64,000 nucleotides of DNA from an uncultured delta proteobacterium (GTDB lineage Bacteria > Myxococcota > Myxococcia > SLRQ01), in contig CAVSGM010000005.1 in the NCBI GenBank assembly GCA_963727485.1, forward strand, positions 64,001 through 128,000, given 5' to 3'. The translations under genes were made by a program, and so were the position numbers. Under the pieces are notes generated by a model. That model did not search any database, had not been told where the DNA came from, and saw only the letters and a list, made by a program, of their open reading frames with translations. How positions within the stretch are numbered: the first letter of the stretch is position 1; every line of letters starts with the position of its first letter. Below are positions 17,988 through 30,668 of the stretch, in pieces.

Positions 17988-18941
17988 TCAGTTTCCCTGG
18001 GGTGGCGGGCCCTGCGTCGCGCAGAGCTGCCTGGCGGAGAAGGCCAGCGCGTCGGTGCAGGCCACCGCGCCGGACACGCACCTGCCCTGGTCACAGACGG
18101 AAGCGGCGAACCACACTGCCTTCTTGGGGCAACCGCAGCACACATCCCCGCAGTCGGTCGGTGACTGACACGGCGAGCCTGGCATCGGGGCGGTACGGAG
18201 GACCGACGGACAGTCGGCCGCCTTTCCATGGCCGACCAGCGACATGAACACGGTGGGTCCCGAGGGACTCCCCTGATCCCCTAAGCCGTCCGACGGTCGG
18301 GCGTATTGCTGGGCGTGGAGCACGGTTCGAAAGGCGTCGCCGGCCTCCACGCCGGGGGCGTCGACCGGGACCGGCTTGAAGCCCGCGTAGGCACGCTCGA
18401 GGCAGGCGGTGACGCCGGGGATGTCGAAGTTGGCGTGTCCCACGTCTACGCCGGCAATGACCAGGCGGTCGTCCTCGCGTTTCATCCGGAGCGAGAGATC
18501 AAGCCGGATCGGGTTGGGCGCGTTCGCGGGTGCGTGAAACCGCTTCCAGCAATCATTCCTTGGCTCGGCGGTGCGGAAGAACGCGGAGGCCGCTTCGTCG
18601 ATGCCCTGGCGAAGCGCCGGCGGGATGTCGGTGTCCTTGTCGGTGAGAACGGGAGCCTGGTCCCAGGCCACGCGTGGGCCGGCATCCGCTGGTGTTGGCG
18701 GCTGCTCCCGTCGTGGCCCGGTGGGATTCGGGCGCCGTGGCGGGCGCTTGGGCATCGCGGCCACGGGTCGTGCCCGAACGAGACGTGGCGCGGTGGGAGG
18801 CTTCGGTTGGGGTGGAAGGCTCCTTGTGGTTCGGGCCGGGGATGGGGGGGGTGATCCCTCCCCGCCGGTCGTTGCCAACCAGACTGCCAGGACGACTCCC
18901 AGTAGGCCTGCCGCGTACAGGCCCGCTCGCTTCCAACTCAT
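17988..18941 (-). CDS. Membrane-anchored protein with Pro-rich linker, possible TonB-C/AgmX-like domain and Cys-rich tail
   Basis: N-terminal TM; PPP linker; CWK...VTACLE pair; C-terminal CQSPTDCGDVCCGC...CDQGRC...C...C; ATGA overlap with the upstream gene. Confidence 0.6.
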   Translation of the reverse strand: MSWKRAGLYAAGLLGVVLAVWLATTGGEGSPPPSPARTTRSLPPQPKPPTAPRLVRARPVAAMPKRPPRRPNPTGPRREQPPTPADAGPRVAWDQAPVLTDKDTDIPPALRQGIDEAASAFFRTAEPRNDCWKRFHAPANAPNPIRLDLSLRMKREDDRLVIAGVDVGHANFDIPGVTACLERAYAGFKPVPVDAPGVEAGDAFRTVLHAQQYARPSDGLGDQGSPSGPTVFMSLVGHGKAADCPSVLRTAPMPGSPCQSPTDCGDVCCGCPKKAVWFAASVCDQGRCVSGAVACTDALAFSARQLCATQGPPPQGN

Positions 18942-19414
18942 TGTTCCCCACTCGCCCCGACGCCGAGATACCGCAGAATCACGGACTTCGTCGACCCGGG
19001 AAACGAGAAAGTGTACGCGTCGCCCCTTGCCAGAGCACGGCTCTCCCGACGCTTCGGGCCGGCCTCCCGTCCTACCTGGATGGCGACTCGGTCGTCACCT
19101 CGTCCGACGACACGGAAGCGGAACTCCGGGATCTCTCCGCCGCCCGCGACCCGCACGACGCTCCCCTCCCCCGCCACCAGGATAGTCTTCTTGGCCTCGG
19201 TCTGGACTTGGATGCGATAGCGAACGGTTGCCTGGCCATCGCCGCTCGGCGATTCCGACGAACACGTGGTCGCGCTAGCGTGTCTGGACGAGGTTTGGGC
19301 TCGAAGTCCCTTCCCCACGAGGACTCCGATCGCTGCGAAAGCAGCGACGAGAATCGGCCCCAACAGCCCCCATCGCGCGTGCTTCGACCGTTCATCGGTC
19401 TCGTTGACTGTCAT
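18938..19414 (-). CDS. Hypothetical membrane/exported protein
   Basis: AGGAG SD before ATG 19414; hydrophobic segment WGLLGPILVAAFAAIGVLVG; beta-rich remainder. Confidence 0.55.
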   Translation of the reverse strand: MTVNETDERSKHARWGLLGPILVAAFAAIGVLVGKGLRAQTSSRHASATTCSSESPSGDGQATVRYRIQVQTEAKKTILVAGEGSVVRVAGGGEIPEFRFRVVGRGDDRVAIQVGREAGPKRRESRALARGDAYTFSFPGSTKSVILRYLGVGASGEQ

Positions 19415-19525
19415 TGCCTTCTCCTGTGCCGACCGGCGCGGCCTGCCGTCGCTTGGGCGACACGCCAAGCCCCGCGCGCAACTGTGATGCGCGCGGGGCG
19501 TGGAGTCCGGCTCGACGGAGGCCGG

Positions 19526-19720
19526 CTAGCAGTGGAAGGGATACACGGCGCAGCACGTCTGCCCACACGTCACCATCTGGCCGCACACGGTGAAGCCGTT
19601 GCAGTCCAGACAGCACTGCGTTGGGGGCAGCGCCTGCGCCGGGGTTGGGGCGAAGGTCGCGAACCCGACCGTCATCCCGATGATGAGAGCGCCGAGGGCC
19701 GAGGCAGCGTAGCGAATCAT
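19526..19720 (-). CDS. Secreted Cys-rich micropeptide (64 aa precursor)
   Basis: GAGG SD; Sec signal ending AQA; mature LPPTQCCLDCNGFTVCGQMVTCGQTCCAVYPFHC with 8 Cys. Confidence 0.7.
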   Translation of the reverse strand: MIRYAASALGALIIGMTVGFATFAPTPAQALPPTQCCLDCNGFTVCGQMVTCGQTCCAVYPFHC

Positions 19721-19991
19721 TGTGCTTCCTCAATTTAGGGGATGTGACTACGGTGCAGCATACAGTTGATTAATACACTAAGGAAATTCATAAGAGCAAC
19801 ATCGACTAAGTAAAATAGAGATACGCCGCGATTGGGCCGTCCTTCGCGAAGGGACGCACCGCGGTTCGCCAGAGGGGGATCGGCCTTGGCGACTCGCGGA
19901 GCATGCCGATCGCGGTGGTGCGGGACGGGCTTGCGAGCGGCAAGGACGACGCGCAGGCGCGACCGGCGCCCGGGTGGGGTATGGTGGCCTG

Positions 19992-20564
19992 ATGCGACAG
20001 GTCAAGGGCGTCCTCTTCGTGGACTACGTCCGGATGATCCGTGCCTTCAAGGGCGCGAACTGGGGCGCGCACCTGCCCCCCGAGGACCACCCGTACCTGC
20101 ACCAGCCCATCGACCCCGCGGCCTGGTATCCGATGACGTCGTTCGAGCGCCTGGGCAACGCCATCCTGGACGTGATCGCCGGCGGGGACGTGAGGCTGGC
20201 GCGGATGTGGGGGCAGCAGTCGGCCGCGCGGCTCGTGGCGGCGAACCCCCAGCTCCTCGCCCCCGGGGACGCCGTCGAGACCCTGAGCCGGTTCCGGGTC
20301 CTGCGCGCGACGTACTTCGACTTCGAGGCCCTCGAGGTGCTCTTCCTCCACGAGGACGAGGCCCAAATCGTGATCCGCTACCACATGGGCATGCCCGCCG
20401 AGGAGGCAGCGTCGGTCCAGACCCAGGGGTTCTTCGAGGGCCTGCTCGTCCTCGCCGATGCCACCGACCTCGCCTCCGGGTTCGGCGAGCGCTCCTGGGC
20501 CGGCAATCCGCGCACCCGCCTCGACCTCACCTGGACGCCGCCGGGCCTGACCCCGAGGTCCTAG
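19992..20564 (+). CDS. DUF2378-like myxobacterial protein (possible ligand-binding V4R-like fold)
   Basis: VKGVLF, AAWYP, RMWGQQSA, QGFFEGLL, LTW pattern typical of this family. Confidence 0.6.
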   Translation: MRQVKGVLFVDYVRMIRAFKGANWGAHLPPEDHPYLHQPIDPAAWYPMTSFERLGNAILDVIAGGDVRLARMWGQQSAARLVAANPQLLAPGDAVETLSRFRVLRATYFDFEALEVLFLHEDEAQIVIRYHMGMPAEEAASVQTQGFFEGLLVLADATDLASGFGERSWAGNPRTRLDLTWTPPGLTPRS

Positions 20565-20610
20565 GGCACCGCCCCAGGACCCCGACTCTGCTAGACTGGG
20601 CGCCAGCGCC

Positions 20611-23934
<3,324 letters not shown>

Positions 23935-23949
23935 CGCGCCGGGAGGGCC

Positions 23950-25818
23950 ATGAGCCTCTACCGCAAGCTGGTCCTGTTCATGCTGGTGGTCACCGTGGTC
24001 CCGGTGTCGGTGGTGGGCTTCGCCCTCGAGCGCCGGGCCGAGGGGGCGCTGCGCGACCGGATCCGGGACAGCCAGGCGTCGCTGGTGCGCAGCGAGGCCG
24101 ACGCCGTCGCCGGGTTCGTCACCGACCGGGTCGACGCCCTGCGTCGGGCCACCACCTACTTCGACCTCTCGACCGCGAGCGCCGACGAGCTCGAGGGGGC
24201 CGCCCGGGTCCTCTACAAGGCCTCCCCCGAGGTCTCGGCCACCGCCATCGTCTCCCCCAAGGGCGCGGCCCTGGCGCCGCCGGTCCACCTCGACGACCCG
24301 GCGAAGGTCCCCGGGCTCTCCGCCCACCCGGCGGCGACCGAGGCGGCGGTGCAGCGGATGCTCGCGTTTGCCCCCCTGGACCGCGCCGAGGCCGAGGGCC
24401 CGGGCTCGGTGGTCCTCTCGCCCCCCTACTCGGCACCCGAGCGGAAGGCGGCGGCGTTCTCCGCGGCCCTCCCGGTGGAGGGGAAGGATCACGCCGAGCG
24501 GATCTTCGTCGCCGAGATCTCCCTGGGGTCGCTCCAGCGCCGCGTCGCCGCCCACCACGGGGACCGCCTCCTGGTCGTCGACGGCGGCGGCCGGGCGGTC
24601 ATCGATCCCGACGTCGCCGAGCTCCGGCGGACCGTCGCCACCCCGGCGGTGCGCCGGGCCCTGGCCGCGGGGAAGGCCGGGACCAGCCGCGAGGGAGGCG
24701 CCCGGGGGCCGGTGCTCGCCGCCTGGGCCCCGGTGCCGGTCCCGGGGCTCCAGTGGACGGTGGTGGCGACCCTCCCCGAGGCCACCGCCTTCGCCCCGGT
24801 GCGGCGGATGCGGCTGGGGATCCTCGGGGCCACCGCCGGGGCCGGGGTGCTCCTGCTCCTCCTCGGGGGCGTGTTCGTGGGCTCGGTGCGCCGGGGCCTC
24901 GGCAGGGTCTCCGCCGGCGCCGAGGCCTTCGCCAAGGGCGAGCTCGGCTACCGCATCGACCCGCCGCCGGAGGAGGAGCTCGAGGCGCTGGCCACCACCT
25001 TCAACGCCATGGGCGAGGAGCTCGGCGCCGCCCGGGCGCGCCTGGAGAAGTGGAACGAGGACCTGCAGGCCGAGGTCGACGCCCGGACCCGGGAGCTCCG
25101 CGAGGCCCAGGCCCGCCTGGTCGAGACCCAGAAGCTCGCCGCGGTGGGCCAGCTCGGCGCCGGGGTCGCCCACGAGATCAACAACCCGCTGGCCGGGGTC
25201 CTGGGCAACGTGCAGCTCCTCCTGATGAAGAAGCGCAAGGCCGGCGCCGGGGACGACGACCCGGAGGTGAAGGCCCTGGCCAAGGTCGAGGAGTCGGCCA
25301 AGCGGTGCAAGGACATCACCGGGGCCCTGCTGCGCTTCAGCCAGCAGCAGGGCGACGACCTGCGCCGGGGGGCCCTCGACCTCAACGGCGTGGTCTCGGA
25401 GGTGGCGCGGCTCTCGGAGACCGGGGCGGCGGAGCAGGGGGTGGCCCTGGAGACGGTGCCCGCCGCCGCGCCGGCGCAGGTGGTCGGCGACAGCGCCCAC
25501 CTGGTGCAGGCGGTGCTCCACCTGGTCTCCAACGCCCGGACCGCGGTGAAGGATCGCGAGGGCGGCCGGGTGCGGGTGGAGGCGAGGGTGGTCGACGGCG
25601 AGGCGCAGATCCGGGTCGCCGACAACGGCAAGGGGATCGATCCCAAGATCCGCGGGCGGATCTTCGAGCCCTTCTTCACCACCAAGGACGTGTGGACCAA
25701 CCTCGGCCTCGGCCTCTCGGTGGCCTACCGGATCGCCGAGGACCACGACGGGCGCATCGAGGTGGAGAGCGTACCCGGGCAGGGGACGGTGATGACCCTC
25801 TGTCTGCCCCGGGCCTGA
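23950..25818 (+). CDS. Membrane sensor histidine kinase (Cache-like, HAMP, HisKA, HATPase)
   Basis: Two TMs; EELEALATTFNAM; VAHEINNPL; DNGKGI; FEPFFTTK; GLGLS. Confidence 0.92.
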   Translation: MSLYRKLVLFMLVVTVVPVSVVGFALERRAEGALRDRIRDSQASLVRSEADAVAGFVTDRVDALRRATTYFDLSTASADELEGAARVLYKASPEVSATAIVSPKGAALAPPVHLDDPAKVPGLSAHPAATEAAVQRMLAFAPLDRAEAEGPGSVVLSPPYSAPERKAAAFSAALPVEGKDHAERIFVAEISLGSLQRRVAAHHGDRLLVVDGGGRAVIDPDVAELRRTVATPAVRRALAAGKAGTSREGGARGPVLAAWAPVPVPGLQWTVVATLPEATAFAPVRRMRLGILGATAGAGVLLLLLGGVFVGSVRRGLGRVSAGAEAFAKGELGYRIDPPPEEELEALATTFNAMGEELGAARARLEKWNEDLQAEVDARTRELREAQARLVETQKLAAVGQLGAGVAHEINNPLAGVLGNVQLLLMKKRKAGAGDDDPEVKALAKVEESAKRCKDITGALLRFSQQQGDDLRRGALDLNGVVSEVARLSETGAAEQGVALETVPAAAPAQVVGDSAHLVQAVLHLVSNARTAVKDREGGRVRVEARVVDGEAQIRVADNGKGIDPKIRGRIFEPFFTTKDVWTNLGLGLSVAYRIAEDHDGRIEVESVPGQGTVMTLCLPRA

Positions 25819-25822
25819 CCTG

Positions 25823-26800
25823 ATGTATCCTCGCCGCGTGGCGCGCCGCGGCACCCTCCGCTTCTACGCCGCCGTGATCGCAATCATCGCGGTGGTCCCG
25901 GTGGCGTGGTTCGTGTTCTTCCGGGAGCCGCCGCCGCCCCCGGCGCCGCCCCTGCCCCCGCCGAAGCCCGCCCCGGCCCCCAAGCCCGCCCCCGGCCCGG
26001 CGGTTCCCACCCAGGTGTCGCTGGCCTCCCTCGAGGGCCGGGTCCTGGTGCGCCACGGAGCCAAGGGCCCGTTCACCCCCGCCAGCGCCGGGACCCTCCT
26101 CGGCCCCGACGACACCATCCGCACCGCGCCCGGCGCCAGCGTCGACCTGGTCGCCGGCGACCACCGGGTGCACCTGGTCCCGGGCACCGACGTGCAGGTC
26201 AAGGAGCTCACCGCCGACCTCTCCCGGTTCCTCCTGGGCACCGGCATGGTGACCGCCAAGGCGGCCCCCGGCGCCAAGGGCCAGGGGCGCGAGCTGCAGG
26301 TCGACGTGAAGGGCACCGACGTCGCCGCCCGGGCCCGGCACGGCGCCTTCACCATGAGCAGCAACGGCAAGGGCACGGTGAAGGTCGCCTCCCGGTCCGG
26401 CGAGGTGCACGTGGCGGCCCGGGGCAAGGAGGTGGTGCTCCGGGGCCGCGAGGAGACCCTGGTCCGCCCGGGCCAGGCCCCCGGGCCCCCGCGCCCGGCG
26501 GCGACCTCGCTCCTCCTCCACGTCCGCTGGCCGCCGAGGCGCGCCCTCAACCACCGGGAGATCACCGTCGCCGGCCGCACCGACGCCGGGGCCCTGGTCT
26601 TCGTCGCCGGCCGCCCGGTGCGCGTGGACGCCAGCGGCCGCTTCCACGCCCGGGTGCGCCTCGAGGAGGGCGCCAACCGGGTCGACGTCGCCGCCCGGGA
26701 CGTCGCTGGCAACCGCGGCGGCGCCCGGAGCCCCCACCTGGTGGTGGACACCCGGGGGGCCAAGGCCCGCTTCGACACCCAGGGGCTCTGGGGCAAGTAG
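25823..26800 (+). CDS. FecR-domain membrane protein with C-terminal Ig-like domain
   Basis: TM, Pro-rich linker, LGPDDTIRTAPGASVDL, SGEVHV; ITVAGRTD..GRFHARVRLEEGANRVDVAARDVAGN. Confidence 0.8.
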   Translation: MYPRRVARRGTLRFYAAVIAIIAVVPVAWFVFFREPPPPPAPPLPPPKPAPAPKPAPGPAVPTQVSLASLEGRVLVRHGAKGPFTPASAGTLLGPDDTIRTAPGASVDLVAGDHRVHLVPGTDVQVKELTADLSRFLLGTGMVTAKAAPGAKGQGRELQVDVKGTDVAARARHGAFTMSSNGKGTVKVASRSGEVHVAARGKEVVLRGREETLVRPGQAPGPPRPAATSLLLHVRWPPRRALNHREITVAGRTDAGALVFVAGRPVRVDASGRFHARVRLEEGANRVDVAARDVAGNRGGARSPHLVVDTRGAKARFDTQGLWGK

Positions 26801-26873
26801 GGGCCTGTGGGGGGATTCGGGAGGAGGTGGGACCTCCCCCGCAAGGTGGGTCTTCCCCTCTAAAGTCCTTACA

Positions 26874-26903
26874 TTGACGGGGAGATACCGGGCTACCTAC
26901 CAT
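26874..26903 (+). promoter_or_regulatory. sigma70-like promoter
   Basis: TTGACG-N18-TACCAT upstream of GGAGG and ATG 26924. Confidence 0.5.
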
Positions 26904-26923
26904 GCTCATGGGAGGTGGTACCG

Positions 26924-28631
26924 ATGGCTCGACTGGGACGGTGGTCGGCGGCGATTCTCTGGGCAGTCCCCGCGGTGGCGGCGGCCCAGACGGTCGCCCC
27001 GTCCGTGACCATCACCGGGACCACCAGCCAGGTGACCACCAACACCGCGGCCCAGTTCGGCCCGCGGATCTCCGGCAACGTCGTGGTCTACACCGACCTG
27101 CGCAACGGAAACGAGGACGTCTACGACACCGACCTCACCACGATGCAGGAGACCCGGATCACCACCTCCACGGCAAACCAGGATTCTCTACGACATCAGC
27201 GGCCAGCGCGTGGTCTACACCGACCACGGCCCGGCGACCCCGGTGGTGCAGGTCTACGATCTGTCCACCGGCACCGCCCAGCCCCTGCCCGCCACCAGCG
27301 GCAGCCAGGTGAACCCGGGGATCGACGGCGCCCTGGTGGCCTACGAGTACACGCCCGCCGGGTCCGGCACCGACGACATCTGGGCCACCGACCTGACCAC
27401 CGGCCAGACCTTCCCGATCACCAGCGATGGCGACATGGAGTCGGGCCCGGAGGTCAGTGGCCAGAAGATCGTCTTCGCGCGGCGCCTCGCCGGGCACACC
27501 GACAACGACATCATCCTCTACGACGTCGCCAGCGGCACCGAGACGGTGGTCGCCGGCACCGCGGCCGACGAGACCGACCCGGCCATCGACGGCAACCGCA
27601 TCGTCTACGACGCGATCCCCGCCGGGCGTACCGATCGGGACGTCTACATCTACGACCTCACCACCGGCGCGACCACCCACCTCGACCTGCCCGGCAACCA
27701 GTTCGACCCGAGGGTCTCCGGGGACGTCGTCGCCTTCGACGACGACAGCACCGGCAGCTACAACGTGATGCTCTACTACGTGCCCACCGGCTACACCTAC
27801 CCGGTGACCACCGACAGCAACACCGACTACCTCAACGACATCGACGGCGGGAACCTCGTCTACACCAGCGACCGCAGCGGGAACCCCGACATCTGGCTGT
27901 TCAAGTTCACCGTCAACGTGCCCCAGACCGGCGGCACCGGCGGCACCGGTGGGAGCTGCGGCGATCCGGCGAAGCACGCCTGCACCGACGACTCGGCCCT
28001 CGACCCGGTCTTCAGCGGCACCTACACCCGGGGCCACGGCAAGCCCAAGCAGGTCACCGACACCTTCGACGCCCTCCCCGGTGACGGAGTGGTGGTCATC
28101 CGCAGCGACTGCGCCTCGGCGACCGCGACCCTCGACGGCCGCGCGATCCTCTCGAGCTGCGAGCTCCACCCCGGGGACGACGGCCACGGCGACGATGGCG
28201 GCGACGACGGCTGCCGGGCCAAGGACGTGACCCTCGGCGCCCACAACACCCTCCAGGTGAAGGTGGCGAGCAAGCCCGGGTGCCAGGTGGCCATCGACGT
28301 CTACGCCGCGCCCCAGACCCAGTGTGGCGGGCGACGGGGATCACGGGGACCACGACCACGGCGACGACGGTCACGATGGCAGCGGGCACGACGACGGCGG
28401 CCACGACCACGGCGCCGCCGCCGGGAGCGGCTCCGCGGGGACGGTGGCGGCAGCGGCGGCACCTACGACCTCTCGCGCCTCCACCAGGCCGCGCCCCACC
28501 TCGGCCTCGTCGGCTGCGCCACCGGTCCCGGCGCCGCCGGGTACCTGGCCTTCGCCCTGGTCCTCTTCGCCCTCGGCCTGCGCCGGCGTCCGGCCCCCCG
28601 GCCGGTCCGCGTGAGGTCCCGGCGGCGCTGA
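26924..28631 (+). CDS. Secreted beta-propeller (TolB-like repeats) protein with MYXO-CTERM-like tail; frameshifts near 27184 and 28330/28440
   Basis: Signal peptide; repeats PxIxGxxVVY..D(I/V)YxYDLxTG; tail GLVGCATGPGAAGYLAFALVLFALGLRRR. Confidence 0.8.
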
Positions 28632-28704
28632 GGCGGTCGGCGCCCCGGGCGAGACGCCCTGGGGCCATGGTCCTCGGCGCGCCCTTGGTCTAGGCTCGGA
28701 TCCC

Positions 28705-30658
28705 GTGAACGCGCGGCGACCGGGTGGCGCAGGGCGTCTGGCCCTGGTGGTCTTGGTGGCCCTGGCCCTCACGGCGCCGGCCCTGGCCGCGGGACGAGGC
28801 GGCCTCGCCCTCTGGGGGCCCACCGGCGCCCGGGCCCCGGCGCCCTTCGAGGTGGCGCTGGTGCGGCGGGCTTCCGGGCACCTGGCCCCGGTGGGCAGGC
28901 CCGCGATCCACGTCGACGGGGGGCGCGCCACCCTGCGCCCGGGGGGCGATCCCGACGTCCTCCGCCTCCTCCTGGTCCCGGACCCCGGGGCGGCGACGCT
29001 CACCCTCCGCGCCGGGGACGGACCCGGCGCCGTGACCCGCACCTGGCCCCTCGACGCCAAGGTCGCCGGAGGCATCTCGGTCTCGGTGTCCCCGGACCAC
29101 CTGGTGAAGCGGCCCGGGTCCACGGCGACGATCACCGTGCAGGTCCTCGACGTCGCCGGCCACCCTCTGGCCCAGGCCCCGCCACCGGTGGTCTCGGCGA
29201 ACGTCGGCCGGGTGGGCCCGCTCACCGCCGCCGGGCCCGGGACCTTCCGGGCGGTCTACACCCCGAGCGCCGCCCGCTACCCCGAGGTCGCGGTGATCAC
29301 CGCGTTTCGCCCCTGGCCCCATGCCGGCAGCCCCGCCGTCGCCGTGGGGCAGGCGGTGCTGCCCCTCTCGGCGGCCATCGAGCTCCCGGGGACCACCCGG
29401 CCCAACGTGCAGATGACCGTGGTCATCGCCGGGAAGCGCTTCGGACCGGTCCACGCGGACCGCCACGGCCGGTTCAAGGTGCCGGTGGTGGTGCCCCCGG
29501 GCCACGGCCTCGGCCAGGGCATCGCCGTGGACCGCTTCGGGAACCACCGGCGCACCCGCATCGACCTCCACCTCCCCCCGACCAACCGCCTGGCGGTGGC
29601 GGCCCAGCCCCGGCTGCTCGTCGCCGACGGCCACGCCCGGGCCCAGGTGGTGCTCTTCGTGGTCGACCCCTTCGGGCACCCGAAGACCGGGCGGCCCCCG
29701 GTCCTCGAGACCGATCGCGGGCGGGTGACCCGGCCGGTGTCGGTGGGCCCGGGGCGGTGGCGGGCCTGGTACGTGGCGCCGGTCGGCGCAGGCGACGGCG
29801 CCGCCCACCTCTCGGTCCACTTCGGCCGCCGGGATCCCCTCCCGGGCCACGGTGGCGATCACCCTGGTCCCCGGGGCCCCGGCCACCGTCGCCGCCTCGG
29901 TGTCGCCCGCGGTGGTCCCGGCGCCCTCGAAGACCCCGGCGACGATCACCCTGGTGGTGCGCGACGCCGCCGGCCAGCCCGTCCCCGGCCCCCGGGTGAC
30001 GGCGACGGCCACCCGGGGGCACCTCGGCAGGCCTGAGGCCACGGCCACCGGCGCCCGCCTCGCCTACCACCCGCCGCCGACCCCGGAGGGCTGGTCGGAC
30101 GCGGTGCGGCTCTCGGTGGCCGCGCCCCCCGGGACCCGGGCGGTGGCCGCCGGGTGGGCCAACCGGCGCCTCTGGCTCCTCGACCCGGTGGGCCGCCCGG
30201 TCCCCGGCGCCCGGGCGCGGATCGCCGGCGCCGAGGTGAAGGCCGACGGCGAGGGGGCGGTGAAGGTCCCAGGCGACGGCGACCTCGAGGTCGCCCTGTC
30301 CCCGGGCCGGCCCAAGGTGACGGTGCACCGGTCGGCGGACGCCAAGGGGCGGGTCCACGGCTGGCCCGAGGCCCCGGCGCCGGTGCCCGCCACCCTGGCG
30401 GTCCCGCTCATGGCCCCGCCCCCGGCGTGGGTCGAGGTCCACCTGGCCCGGGCCGCCGGAGGGAAGGCCACGGTGCGGTGGAAGGTCACCGGGGCCCCCG
30501 GGGTGCGGAAGGTGGCCATCGTGGTGGGGACCGGGGCGCCGGTGGACGCCTCCGGCCGCGCCGGGCGCCTGGTGGTCCCGGCGACGCCCGGGACCCTGGT
30601 GACCGTGACCAATCTGGAGACCGGCGTCGCCGCGGTGGCGACGGTGCCGGGGCACTAG
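28705..30658 (+). CDS. Secreted multi Ig-like (invasin/Big_1-like) protein, frameshifted near 29817-29840
   Basis: Signal peptide; ATITVQVLDVAGHP, GTFRAVYTP, LVADGHARA, ATITLVVRDAAGQPV; continues in ORF 29852..30658. Confidence 0.7.
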
Positions 30659-30668
30659 GAGACGCGAC

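Noticed and set aside
19526..19720. Cys peptide as a lanthipeptide or ranthipeptide precursor
   Set aside because: It has a Sec-type signal rather than a RiPP leader, and no modifying enzyme or peptidase-transporter gene is in the window.
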